A DNA stretch of 63,205 nucleotides, counting the filler. It is 8 parts of 8 records of this genome, joined end to end, with 100 filler letters (N's around TTAATTAATTAA, not from the genome) between each part and the next. Parts side by side here need not be neighbours in the genome. Positions count along the whole stretch, not along the records: positions 37,837 to 43,424 come from SRR31156797_34613; positions 43,525 to 50,055 come from SRR31156797_34618; positions 50,156 to 56,557 come from SRR31156797_34621; 5 more parts are not named here. One strand, 5' to 3'. Each line of letters begins with the position of its first letter. Within the stretch, counting starts at the first letter, position 1. Shown piece by piece: positions 42,543 through 53,869 of the stretch. A program made the position numbers and the translations under genes. The notes under the pieces are model-generated. The model was not told the DNA's origin, did not search any database, and was given only the letters and a program-made list of their open reading frames with translations.

Positions 42543-43235
42543 ATGGCTATTTCAGATACATATTGGAATATGACACCAAACAAAAGAATGGCAAAACATC
42601 TCGCTATTCGAGAAGTTCCTTCTTTGGTTTATGAAGCCGTAAACCTTGAAGGTGTCTTAATGACATTACCTGAGGTTCAAACCATTTTAGATGGCGTTAC
42701 TGTTGGTGGACATAAAATCAGTGACCAGAACATGGTTATAAACCAGGCAAATGCCTGGGAACGTATTTTCGAGTTAATTGAAGCAAATCGGTTTCAATTT
42801 TCAAAACAAGTTGCTCTTGATCTTCATGCATTGGCTGCCAAAGAAGAAGCCTTTGAATGGGGTGTTTTTCGTTCAGGTAACGTATCCATAAGTGGTTCTG
42901 AGCATGAACCACCCTCTCCAGACAAACTCGATGAAATATGGTTACAAACCGAATCTGATATCGACAAAATCACTGATGTCTACGACAAAGCTATCGCAGC
43001 ATTTTTAAAAATGGCTCGCACTCAGTTTTTCTGGGATGTTAACAAGCGAATGGGGCGTTTTATAATGAACGGGATATTACTTAATGAAGGGTACCCTGTA
43101 ATCAACGTTCCGGTAAAACGGCAGCTTGAGTTCAACACACTCATGCTTGAGTTTTATACTTCAAACGACATGGCTGGAATAAATGGTTTTATGCGTAGCT
43201 GTATCAATGAAAAGATAATTGCAAATTTCAAGTAA
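42543..43235 (+). CDS. Fic-domain protein with a non-canonical motif
   Basis: NLEG..T..E, GVFRSGNV.ISG, QFFWDVNKRMGR. Confidence 0.85.
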   Translation: MAISDTYWNMTPNKRMAKHLAIREVPSLVYEAVNLEGVLMTLPEVQTILDGVTVGGHKISDQNMVINQANAWERIFELIEANRFQFSKQVALDLHALAAKEEAFEWGVFRSGNVSISGSEHEPPSPDKLDEIWLQTESDIDKITDVYDKAIAAFLKMARTQFFWDVNKRMGRFIMNGILLNEGYPVINVPVKRQLEFNTLMLEFYTSNDMAGINGFMRSCINEKIIANFK

Positions 43236-43247
43236 AATTCTACCGTT

Positions 43248-43299
43248 ACTTAACAAGTCGCTTTATTTGATTGCGAGCCTTAAGGCTCGCAAGTTTAGG
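43248..43299 (+). repeat. Short or degenerate attC-like site (alternatively a terminator hairpin)
   Basis: ACTTAAC (RYYYAAC) 12 bp after the fic stop, perfect palindrome TTGCGAGCCTTAAGGCTCGCAA, then GTT. Confidence 0.4.
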
Positions 43300-43423
43300 G
43301 GAGATCCAAAGGGCTCCTAACCTCTTTCAACGTCATAGACGGCACGGTCTGCGTATATATCATGGTGGTCCGAACATCGCTGTGGCCCAGCAGGACCTGT
43401 ATAGTACGAATATCATAATTGGC
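43295..43423 (-). CDS. intI: Integron integrase-type tyrosine recombinase, C-terminal 42 aa (missed by the ORF track)
   Basis: [42 protein letters not shown], containing the YDIRT.Q.LLGH.DV.TTMIYT box and SPLD ending. Confidence 0.8.
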   Translation of the reverse strand, partial: ANYDIRTIQVLLGHSDVRTTMIYTQTVPSMTLKEVRSPLDLP

Positions 43424-43524
43424 CNNNNNNNNNNNNNNNNNNNNNNNNNNNNNNNNNNNNNNNNNNNNTTAATTAATTAANNNNNNNNNNNNNNNNNNNN
43501 NNNNNNNNNNNNNNNNNNNNNNNN

Positions 43525-45123
43525 CGCCCCTTCCTTTTCCATCCACATGGCGGTCGGCAGGATCAAATCTGCGGCAAGCGCGGTGACGGTCGGGTAGGGA
43601 TCGGAAACGGTGATGAAGTTCTCCGGGTTGCGATAGCCCGGAAGCCCTTCCTCGTTCATGTTGGGGGCGGCCTGCATGTTGTTGTTGCACTGCACCCAAT
43701 AGGCGTTGAGCTTGCCGTCCTTGAGCATGCGGTTCTGCAGGACCGCGTGATAGCCGGGCTTGCCGGGAATCGTGCCCTTCGGCAGCTTCCAGATCTTTTC
43801 GGCGGCGTCGCGGTGGCCTTCGTTCATGACGACCAGATCGGCCGGCAGGCGATGGGCAAAGGTGCCGACCTCGCGTGCCGTGCCGCAGGCCGACGGCTGG
43901 CCGGTCAGCGAGAACGGGCTGTTGCCGGGCTCGGAGATTTTGCCGACCAGAAGATGCACGTTGTAGGCCAGACCGTTGACCCAGGACCCGCGCGAGTGCT
44001 GGTTGAAGCCCATGGTCCAGTAGGACGAGACCTTGCGCTTGGGATCGGCATAGGCCTGAGCCAGCTTGACCAGTTTGTCCTTCGGGACGCCGGAAAGCTT
44101 GGCGGTGTAATCGAGCGTGTATTTGGCGACCGATTCCTTGTACTCGTCGAAGCTGATCTTGGTCAGCTTGCCGGCATTTGGATTGGCGGCGGATTCCTGC
44201 CGGGGATGCTCGTCGCGCAGGCCGTATCCGATGTCGGTCGGCGTACTGTTGAAGTTGACGCTGGAATTGACGAAATCCCAGTTCACCGCGTCATTTTCGA
44301 TGATGTAGTTGGCGATGTAATTGAGGATCGCCAGGTCGGTCTGCGGCACGAAGACCATGCCGTTGTCGGCCAATTCGAAACAGCGGTTTTCAAAGGTCGA
44401 CAGCACGTGCACTTCGCAACCCGGCTTGGTCAGGCGCGTATTGGTCAGGCGCGACCACAGGATCGGATGCATCTCGGCCATGTTGGCGCCCCAAAGCACG
44501 AACGTATCGGCGTGCTCCAGATCGTCGTAGCAGCCCATCGGCTCGTCGATGCCGAAGGCCCGGATGAAGCCGACGACGGCCGAGGCCATGCAGTGCCGGG
44601 CGTTAGGGTCGAGGTTGTTGGAGCGGAAGCCCGCCTTAAGAAGCTTCGACGCGGCATAGCCTTCCCAGACCGTCCACTGACCGGACCCGAACATGCCGAC
44701 CGAGGTCGGGCCCTTTTTCTTGATGGCCTCTTTCCACTTTTGCGCCATCACGTCGAAGGCTTCGTCCCAACTGACCGGTTCGAAATCGCCTTCCTTGTCG
44801 TAGACGCCGTCCGTCTTGCGCAGCAACGGCTGCTTCAGACGGTCCTTGCCGTACATGATCTTGGCCAGGAAATAACCCTTGATGCAGTTGAGCCCGCGAT
44901 TGACCGGCGCGTCCGGATCGCCCTGCATGGCGACGACGCGGCCGTCCTTGACCCCAACCAGTTCGCCGCAGCCGGTGCCGCAGAATCGGCAGACCCCCTT
45001 GTCCCAGCGAATGCCGTCGTCCGCGGCTTCGGCGGGTTTGACGTTGGGAAGCGTCAGCCCGGCGGCGGCGGCGGCGGCCAGGGCAGCGTTGGTTTTGATG
45101 AATTGACGCCTAGATTGGCTCAT
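43525..45123 (-). CDS. napA: Periplasmic nitrate reductase catalytic subunit (3' partial)
   Basis: Tat signal [39 protein letters not shown]. Confidence 0.97.
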
Positions 45124-45373
45124 CTGCCTGCTCCTTTACGGCGGAAGTCTCGTCGAAATGGCTGTAGACCAGCGACACGGACAGAACGCCCTTGACGCCC
45201 TGCAAACCGGAAATCGTTTCGCCTGCGGCACCGTCGCTTTCCTGATCGACGGTGACGATAATGCGGCCGTCCTCGGCGGCATGGACCTCGACCCCGTCGA
45301 TCCGCGCCAGTTCGGCGGCAACCGTCGGTGTCGATTCGGATGGCGTATGAATGACGAGGCCGGAAATGCTCAT
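45110..45373 (-). CDS. napD: NapA chaperone
   Basis: [27 protein letters not shown]. Lies between napF and napA. Confidence 0.9.
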   Translation of the reverse strand: MSISGLVIHTPSESTPTVAAELARIDGVEVHAAEDGRIIVTVDQESDGAAGETISGLQGVKGVLSVSLVYSHFDETSAVKEQADEPI

Positions 45374-45400
45374 GATCGGTGCTCTCTTAAATTCTTGGGC

Positions 45401-45907
45401 TCATTCGATACGGACCGCATCGACCGGGCAGGGCGCCACGCAGGCGCCGCAGCCGGTGCAAAGCCGGGTATCGATTTCGGGAACGGCATCGCCGCCGACG
45501 GCGAGGCGAAAGCGGATGGCGCCGGCTTCGCAGAATTCGCCGCAGACCCGGCAGGCAACGCCTTTCGCGGAAACACAGGATTCGGTGATCCGTGCTCGGA
45601 TGCTCCATGGCGCGAATTCGCCCGGCACCGCCAGCGCCGATCGATCCAAGGCGCCGCTCGGGCAGGCCCGCACGCAGTCCCCGCAAAAGGTGCACTCGCC
45701 GTTTTTGAAGGAAACCTCGGGAAATCCGCCGCCGCCCCTGCCGATGATCTTTTCCGGGCAGGCCTCGGCGCACTTGTCGCAGCGCTCGCAGATTTCAACG
45801 AATTCGGTTTCGGCGACATGCCAGGGCGGCCGGACCGCAGCCCGCCCGGGGCGAAAACGCCCGCGAAGAAATTGTGTCCGGTCAATGGGCTCGGGCCGAG
45901 TTGACAT
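45401..45907 (-). CDS. napF: Ferredoxin-type protein
   Basis: RPPW motif and four 4Fe-4S motifs. Confidence 0.92.
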   Translation of the reverse strand: MSTRPEPIDRTQFLRGRFRPGRAAVRPPWHVAETEFVEICERCDKCAEACPEKIIGRGGGGFPEVSFKNGECTFCGDCVRACPSGALDRSALAVPGEFAPWSIRARITESCVSAKGVACRVCGEFCEAGAIRFRLAVGGDAVPEIDTRLCTGCGACVAPCPVDAVRIE

Positions 45908-45979
45908 TGATAATTACTATCGTAATTAGCCATTCGTGGCATCAATTTGAATGTTTACAGGGAAGGGCCCCGGGGTGAC

Positions 45980-47324
<1,345 letters not shown>

Positions 47325-47367
47325 GGGCCGATTTCACCCGGTCGAGATGCCGGGGCCTTGAATTGGC

Positions 47368-47402
47368 AAAAAGGGCAGCCGACGGGCTGCCCTTTTCCTT
47401 TG
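47368..47402 (+). terminator. Rho-independent terminator
   Basis: AAAAGGGCAGCC-GACG-GGCTGCCCTTTT. Confidence 0.8.
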
Positions 47403-47533
47403 AATGTGGCGGCAAATAGCCTTTTTTCTTTGACTCCTGGACGGGGCGCATTAACCTCTGCGACTCCAAGCGGGGGCGCCTGCCTCCGCGCCCGATCTTG
47501 TGCCAAGAAAACCAAAGTTTCGAGGAGGCGTTT

Positions 47534-49558
47534 GTGACGCAAATAGACCAATCCACCCCCCGCTGTGCCGCCATTGTCGGCCCCTACTTGAGCGGCAAGA
47601 CGACGATTATGGAAAGCCTTCTCGCGGTTGCCGGCGTTATCGGCCGAAAAGGCTCGATCCGCGACGGCAACACCGTTGGCGACGCCTCCGCCGAGTCCCG
47701 TGCCCGCCAGATGAGCACCGAACTGTCGGTCGCCAGCCTCGAATATCTCGGCGACGACTGGTCCTTTATCGATTGCCCGGGTTCGGTCGAACTGTCGCAG
47801 GAAGGCTACAACGCGCTGATGGTCGCCGACATCGCCATCGTCGTCTGCGAAGCCGGCGTCGACAAGGCGTTGACCGTATCGCCGCTGCTCAAGTTCCTCG
47901 ACGACCACGGGATTCCGCACATAATTTTCGTCAACAAGATGGATACCCAGGCCGCCAACATCCGCGAAACCATCGAGGCCCTGCAGAACGTTTCGAACAA
48001 GCCTCTGATTCTCCGCGAGATTCCCATTCAGGACGGCGAAGACATTACCGGGCTGGTCGATCTGGTCAGCCAGCGCGCCTACAAGTGGGTCGAGGGCGAG
48101 CGGTCCGAGGAAATCGACGTTCCGGATTCGATCAAGGATTGGCTTGAGGAAGCCCGCACACAGATGCTGGAATCGCTGGCCGATTTCGACGACACGCTGC
48201 TTGAGGCCCTTCTCGAAGACGAAATTCCCGAAGCCGACGAGATTTTCAAGAATGCCAGAGGGGCGCTACAGGATGCGCATATCGTGCCGGTGCTGTTCGG
48301 CGCCGCCGAGCACGACTACGGCATAACCCGGCTTTTCAAGATCCTGCGACACGAAGCGCCCGAATCGGGCCGCATCACGGCGCGCCTGGGCCTTGAGGAT
48401 ACCGGTGAGGCGGTGGCCCCCGTCTTCAAAACCCTGCATGCCGCCCATACCGGCAAGCTTTCCATGAGCCGCGTCCTGCGTGGCGAAATCGCCGAGGGGA
48501 CGGTGCTCAACGGCGAACGGCCGAGCGGCACGTTCAAACTGATGGGCCAGAAGCAGGAAAAGGTGGCCAAGGCCGTTGCCGGCGACGTCGTCGCCTTCGC
48601 CCGGATGGATCCGGTCAATACGGGAGACGCCCTGTCGGTATCCGGGAATGTGACGATCGAGAACTGGCCGGAAGCCCTGACGCCGTTGTATTCCCTGGCC
48701 ATCCACGCCGAACAGCGCGCCGACGAGGTGAAGCTGTCGGGCGCCCTGGCCAAGGCCTCGGAAGAAGATCCGTCGTTGAGCTACAGCCACAACGCCGATA
48801 CCAACCAGCTGGTGATTTACGGGCAGGGCGATCAGCATCTGCAGATCGTGATCGACCGCCTGAAAAACCGCTTCGGCCTGTCGGCCGCCGGCCAAACGCC
48901 GCAGGTTCCCTATAAGGAAACCATCCGCAAGCCAATCCTGCATCACGCCCGCCACAAGAAACAGAGCGGCGGTCACGGCCAGTTCGGCGACGTTCATCTT
49001 GAGATCAAACCGCAACCGCGCGGCGCCGGTTTCGAATTCAACGATTCCATCACCGGCGGCGTCGTTCCGAAACAGTACATCCCGTCGGTGGAAAACGGGG
49101 TCAAGGAATACCTGCCACGCGGGCCGCTCGGCTTCCCGGTGGTCGATATTTCGGTGACCCTGACCGATGGGCAGTTCCATGCCGTCGACAGTTCCGACAT
49201 GGCGTTCAAGGCGGCCGCTTCGCTGGCCATGCGCGAAGGCATGCCGCAGTGTTCGCCGGTGCTTCTGGAGCCGATCCTGAAGGTCGATATTTCGGTCCCG
49301 AACGATTTCACGTCGAAGGTGCAGCGTCTGGTCAGCGGCCGCCGCGGGCAACTTCTGGGTTATGACGCGAAGCCGGGCTGGAACGGCTGGGACGAAGTGA
49401 CGGCACAGATTCCCCAGTCCGAGACCCTGGACCTGATCAACGAGTTGCGCTCGTTGACGCTGGGCGTCGGATTTTTCAAGACGGAATTCGATCGCCTGCA
49501 GGAACTCAGCGGCAAACAGGCCGACGACGTTGTCGCCGCCCGCGCTGAGGAAGACTGA
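47534..49558 (+). CDS. Elongation factor G paralogue (EF-G II/EF-G-like)
   Basis: EF-G domain order with KQSGGHGQF and HAVDSS. Divergent G1 (GPYLSGKTT) and switch I (RQMST). GTG after GAGGAGG. Confidence 0.9.
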   Translation: MTQIDQSTPRCAAIVGPYLSGKTTIMESLLAVAGVIGRKGSIRDGNTVGDASAESRARQMSTELSVASLEYLGDDWSFIDCPGSVELSQEGYNALMVADIAIVVCEAGVDKALTVSPLLKFLDDHGIPHIIFVNKMDTQAANIRETIEALQNVSNKPLILREIPIQDGEDITGLVDLVSQRAYKWVEGERSEEIDVPDSIKDWLEEARTQMLESLADFDDTLLEALLEDEIPEADEIFKNARGALQDAHIVPVLFGAAEHDYGITRLFKILRHEAPESGRITARLGLEDTGEAVAPVFKTLHAAHTGKLSMSRVLRGEIAEGTVLNGERPSGTFKLMGQKQEKVAKAVAGDVVAFARMDPVNTGDALSVSGNVTIENWPEALTPLYSLAIHAEQRADEVKLSGALAKASEEDPSLSYSHNADTNQLVIYGQGDQHLQIVIDRLKNRFGLSAAGQTPQVPYKETIRKPILHHARHKKQSGGHGQFGDVHLEIKPQPRGAGFEFNDSITGGVVPKQYIPSVENGVKEYLPRGPLGFPVVDISVTLTDGQFHAVDSSDMAFKAAASLAMREGMPQCSPVLLEPILKVDISVPNDFTSKVQRLVSGRRGQLLGYDAKPGWNGWDEVTAQIPQSETLDLINELRSLTLGVGFFKTEFDRLQELSGKQADDVVAARAEED

Positions 49559-49592
49559 CGACCGGCCTTGGTTGAGGACGTTCAAGAACGGC

Positions 49593-49626
49593 AAGGGCCG
49601 CATCGGTTGATGCGGCCCTTTTCCTT
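49593..49626 (+). terminator. Rho-independent terminator
   Basis: AAGGGCCGCATC-GGTT-GATGCGGCCCTTTT. Confidence 0.8.
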
Positions 49627-49646
49627 GTTCGGTGTGGTCTTGCCGA

Positions 49647-50055
49647 TCAGCCGAGAACGACGTCCAGGAACATCATGACGACGAGGCCGATGATGAGGCC
49701 GATGGTGCCATAGTTCTCGTAGCCGCGGCGATGCGTCTCGGGAATGATCTCGTGACTGATGACGAAGATCATGGCACCGGCCGCAAAGGCCAGACCCCAG
49801 GGCAAAAGGGGCTCCGAAAGGGTGACGGCGCCGATTCCGATAATGCCGCCGACGGGCTCGACCAGACCGGTCAACAGGGCGACGGTGAAGGCGCGCACGC
49901 GCGAATAGTTCTGTCCCAGCAGGGCAACCGCGACAGCCAGCCCTTCCGGGAAATTCTGAAGGCCGATGCCGATCGCCAGCGATCGGCCGTTTTCGATGTC
50001 GCCGCCGCCGAACCCGACGCCGACAGCCAAACCTTCCGGGAAATTATGCAGCGTG
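49647..50055 (-). CDS. ZIP-family metal transporter (GufA/ZupT-like, 5' partial)
   Basis: LHNFPEG, QNFPEG, AAGAMIFV, EIIPE. Confidence 0.92.
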
Positions 50056-50155
50056 NNNNNNNNNNNNNNNNNNNNNNNNNNNNNNNNNNNNNNNNNNNNT
50101 TAATTAATTAANNNNNNNNNNNNNNNNNNNNNNNNNNNNNNNNNNNNNNNNNNNN

Positions 50156-50322
50156 GTGATGCCGCGTTCGCGCTCGAGATCCATGGTGTCGAGCACCTGT
50201 TCGCGCATCTCGCGATTCGTCAGCCCGCCGCAGAACTGAATCAGGCGGTCGGCGAGAGTCGATTTGCCATGATCGATATGGGCGATGATGGCAAAGGTGC
50301 GGATATGGGCCAGGTCGGTCAT
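50156..50322 (-). CDS. lepA: Elongation factor 4 (N-terminal fragment)
   Basis: [17 protein letters not shown]...[15 protein letters not shown]. Confidence 0.95.
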
Positions 50323-50389
50323 GGGGGCGCCTTTTAGAGCATTTTCCGATCAGATGGAAACAATTCTGGCAGGCCGGCCCGGCGGGCGA

Positions 50390-50671
50390 TCAGCCCGGTC
50401 CGCCGGGGCGGGCGGGAAAGCGGGCCCGCATGCGCTTCATCCAGGCCTGGGCGTGCTCCTGGCCGCGACGCACCATCGGATAGCGGTTGCCGAGACGGAT
50501 GCGCCAAAGCCGGACCCGGGGCGACGCCAACGACAGCAGCGCCGCGCCGACGAACAGAAACAGCACGCCCTGCAGGATCGGCAGGAACAGGCCGAGGATG
50601 CCGAGCACGACAAAAAACCAGCCGGCGACGAGCAGCGCCAGACGGCGCATTTCGGAGGTAAGGCGTTTCAT
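50390..50671 (-). CDS. Small membrane protein (DUF454/PGPGW-like)
   Basis: GWFFVVLGILGLFLPILQGVLF. Confidence 0.7.
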   Translation of the reverse strand: MKRLTSEMRRLALLVAGWFFVVLGILGLFLPILQGVLFLFVGAALLSLASPRVRLWRIRLGNRYPMVRRGQEHAQAWMKRMRARFPARPGGPG

Positions 50672-50755
50672 GGTCGGGGAGAATGGCGATTACCGGGACT
50701 CAAGGCAAGGGAGCCGATCCGGCCCCCCGCTCTCTCCCACTCAAGCCGGACCGGA

Positions 50756-50977
50756 TCAGGGGCCGGTCCACTCGCAGATTTCGCAGGATCCGACGGCACA
50801 GGACGTGCAGCCGTCGCAGTTGGACTCGGTCCGGATGAAACGCAACTTGTTCTTGCGCTCCCAGACCTCCAGCATGCCGCGCAGGGCCGGCGCCTCGATC
50901 CCGAACTTATGGGCCAGCCCGGCGACCGGCACGGGGCCGCTTTCGGCCAGATAGGTGCGGAGTTCGGACAGGATCAT
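50756..50977 (-). CDS. feoC: FeoC-like winged-helix Fe-S protein
   Basis: MILSELRTYL...ALRGMLEVWERK...CDGCTSC. ATGA overlap with the feoB stop. Confidence 0.85.
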   Translation of the reverse strand: MILSELRTYLAESGPVPVAGLAHKFGIEAPALRGMLEVWERKNKLRFIRTESNCDGCTSCAVGSCEICEWTGP

Positions 50978-53421
50978 GCGGCGCTTCCAGTCTCGACGCG
51001 GGTCGCGCGCATGGCCAACCGGGCCTCGACGGCCCGACCGTACAGCCGCATGCCGTAGATTACCCCGACAACCGCGATGGCAATGCCGCCGAGCCACATG
51101 ATCGACCCGGTCGGGTTTTGCGTGAACCTGGTCACCTGATAGGTGCCGACCGAGGCCGCATAGGCAAACCCGAAGGTCCAGAGCGCAACGAAGGTCGCCC
51201 AGCGGCCGCCGATTTCGCGGACGATGGCGCCCAGCGCCGCGACACAGGGCGTGTACAGAAGGATGAACAGGAGATAGGCGAAGGCACCGGCGGCGCCGTC
51301 GAAACGGGCCCCCATGGCGCCGAAGGTATCGGTTGAAACGCCCTGTTCCTCGGCCGCCGCGTCGATCGTGCCGACGTCGCCGATATTGAGCCCCATGGGA
51401 TCGAGCAGGAAATCGCCGATGCCGCCCAGGTTTTCCGGTATCGACATCGCCGCCTCGGTAAGCCCGGCGAGAAGATCGAAAGGTTCGTCGGCGGCGGTTT
51501 CCTCGCCGTTGGCTTCCGCGGCCTGTTCGGCGAGGCCGGAATAAAGCGCGTCGAGGGTGCCGACGACGGCTTCCTTGGCGAAGACGCCGGTGAAGATACC
51601 GACCGTCGCCGGCCAGTTGTCGTCGGTGATGCCCATCGGCTCGAAGATCGGCACGATGGCGCGGCCGACGGCACTCAAGCTCGATTTTTCGCTGTCCTGG
51701 TTGCCGAAGGAGCCGTCGGTACCGAAGGAGTTGAGGAAACTGAGCGCGATGACGACGACGACGATCACCTTACCGGCGCCGAAAACGAAGGATTTCAGCC
51801 GGTTCCAAGCATTGATCAGGACGCCGCGCGGGCGCGGCACGTGATAGGCCGGAAGCTCCATGATGAACGGCGTCGATTCGCCCATAAGCAGGGTTCTCTT
51901 GACGACGACGCCGGTCGCCACGGCGGCCGCGATGCCGATGATGTAAAGCAGGAAGACGATGTTCTGGCCGCCGGACGGGAAGAAGGCGGCGGCGAACAGC
52001 GCATAGACCGCCAAGCGGGCGCCGCAGGACATGAAGGGCGCCATCAGCACGGTGACGATGCGGTCGCGGGCCTGATCCAGCGTCCGGGCCGCCATGATCG
52101 CCGGCACGTTGCAGCCGAAACCGACAATCAGCGGCACGAAGGCCTTGCCCGGCAATCCAACCGCCCGCATGAAGCGGTCTGTCAGGAAGGCGGCGCGCGC
52201 CATGTATCCGCTATCCTCCAGGACCGACAGGAACAGATAGAGGAAGCCGATGATCGGGATGAAGGTGGCGACAATCTGGATGCCGCCGCCGACCCCTTCG
52301 GCCAGCAGAACGGTCAGCCATGTCGGGGCGCCGATGGCGGTCAGTCCGGCCTGCGTGCCGTCGACGAAAACCGTGCCGAAGGCGATGTCGAAAAAGTCGA
52401 TGAAGGCGCCGCCGAGATTGATCGTGAACATGAACATCAGATAGATGATGCCGAAAAAGATGGCCGGGCCGACCCAGCGGTGCAGGACCACCCGGTCGAT
52501 CTTGTCCGACAGTGTCCGGGTGACGTGGCCGCGTTTGTGGACGACCTCGTGTGCGGCCTGGTGGGCGAAACCGAAACGGCCGTCGGCAATCAGAATGTCG
52601 GGATCTTCGGCGCTGATTTCTTCGAACTCGGCGGCCAGGCTGGACAGCAGCAGGTCGGCCGTGCCCTGGGTCAGGCGCCGGGCGATTCCCTCGCCCTCCA
52701 GCAGCTTGATGGCGAGCCAGCGCTGATCGAGCCCGTTTTGTTCGGCGACGCCGCCGGCGACCTTGATCAGTCGGGCCAGGGCCGGTTCGACGACCGGGCC
52801 GTAATCGGGACGCTGGGTCGGCAGAACCGCCTTGCCGACCGTATCGCGGACCGCTTCCTTCAACTGATCGACACCACGCCCGAGGGCGGCGACGATCGGC
52901 ACCACCGGACAGCCGAGGCGCTTGGCGAGCGCCTTGATATCGATCTCGATGCCCAATTGGCGGGCGACATCCATCATGTTCAGCGCGACGACGACGGGCA
53001 CGCGCATTTCCAGCAACTGGGCGGTCAGATAGAGGTGGCGCTCCAGGTTGGTCGCATCGACGATGTTGACGATGACGTCGGGTTCGCCGGACAGGATGTA
53101 GTCCCGCCCGATGCGCTCATCCAAGGCGTCGGTGCCGGCGATGACCGCCAGCGAATAGACGCCGGGCAGATCGACGACGGAAATCGAATGGCCGTCGTCG
53201 CGGAAGCGGCCGGCCTTGCGATCGACGGTGACGCCGGGCCAGTTACCGACCTTCTGGCGGGCCCCGGTCAACTCGTTGAACAGCGTCGTCTTGCCGCAGT
53301 TCGGGTTGCCGACGATGGCGATGGTGTAGCTGCCGTCGGCGACGTCGGCCATGGGCGGCGTATCGATCAGGGGATCGCAGCAGTTTTTCCCGGCTGCACG
53401 AAACGGGTTGAACAGGTTCAT
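50974..53421 (-). CDS. feoB: Ferrous iron transporter B
   Basis: GNPNCGKT, VGNWPGVTV, DLPG, NMMD, GFGCNVPA, PFMSC, LYTPC. Confidence 0.97.
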   Translation of the reverse strand: MNLFNPFRAAGKNCCDPLIDTPPMADVADGSYTIAIVGNPNCGKTTLFNELTGARQKVGNWPGVTVDRKAGRFRDDGHSISVVDLPGVYSLAVIAGTDALDERIGRDYILSGEPDVIVNIVDATNLERHLYLTAQLLEMRVPVVVALNMMDVARQLGIEIDIKALAKRLGCPVVPIVAALGRGVDQLKEAVRDTVGKAVLPTQRPDYGPVVEPALARLIKVAGGVAEQNGLDQRWLAIKLLEGEGIARRLTQGTADLLLSSLAAEFEEISAEDPDILIADGRFGFAHQAAHEVVHKRGHVTRTLSDKIDRVVLHRWVGPAIFFGIIYLMFMFTINLGGAFIDFFDIAFGTVFVDGTQAGLTAIGAPTWLTVLLAEGVGGGIQIVATFIPIIGFLYLFLSVLEDSGYMARAAFLTDRFMRAVGLPGKAFVPLIVGFGCNVPAIMAARTLDQARDRIVTVLMAPFMSCGARLAVYALFAAAFFPSGGQNIVFLLYIIGIAAAVATGVVVKRTLLMGESTPFIMELPAYHVPRPRGVLINAWNRLKSFVFGAGKVIVVVVIALSFLNSFGTDGSFGNQDSEKSSLSAVGRAIVPIFEPMGITDDNWPATVGIFTGVFAKEAVVGTLDALYSGLAEQAAEANGEETAADEPFDLLAGLTEAAMSIPENLGGIGDFLLDPMGLNIGDVGTIDAAAEEQGVSTDTFGAMGARFDGAAGAFAYLLFILLYTPCVAALGAIVREIGGRWATFVALWTFGFAYAASVGTYQVTRFTQNPTGSIMWLGGIAIAVVGVIYGMRLYGRAVEARLAMRATRVETGSAA

Positions 53422-53693
53422 CAGGCTTTTCCGTTGGCTCGCGTCACCATTATTTTTTGGGTCATGCCCGCCCCGAGGGCGACGCGGGAAAGTTCGCGGG
53501 CAACGACCAATCGTCCGCCTTGCTGGCGGTGCACCACCTCGATGCGGCTGCCGATCGGCAGGCCGAGGTCGGCGAGGCGGCGGCCCAGACCCTTGCCGGC
53601 GCGCAATCCGGCTATGATCAGGCTGTCGCCTTGAACGGCATTGGAAAGCGGGAACGTCGGTTCCCCGGAAGGTTCAGTCGGGTCGTTTGACAC
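53421..53693 (-). CDS. feoA: Ferrous iron transport protein A
   Basis: RRLADLGL..G..IEV...RVALG SH3-like pattern. AGGAG RBS before the GTG. Confidence 0.9.
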   Translation of the reverse strand: MSNDPTEPSGEPTFPLSNAVQGDSLIIAGLRAGKGLGRRLADLGLPIGSRIEVVHRQQGGRLVVARELSRVALGAGMTQKIMVTRANGKA

Positions 53694-53741
53694 GATCTTC
53701 TCCTAGTGAATTTCAACCGATTGGTTAACGTCGACGGAAGA

Positions 53742-53819
53742 AATTGATAATCAATCTCGTTTTATCCCCTATAGACTTTGTGGTTACTCAAGTCAAGGAA
53801 AATGCGAATGGTCCGCATT
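53742..53819. promoter_or_regulatory. Two Fur-family (Fur/Mur-like) boxes around the feoABC promoter
   Basis: TGATAAT-C-AATCTCG at 53745 and AATGCGAATGGTCCGCATT at 53801-53819, with minus-strand TTGACT-N17-TATAGG between them. Confidence 0.6.
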
Positions 53820-53869
53820 CGAATAATCAACCAAAACGGTCAACTTCTTCGCATGGGATTAAACCGAAT

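Noticed and set aside
43271-43424. Plus-strand ORF MRALRLAS...
   Set aside because: It is the antisense of the integrase C-terminus.
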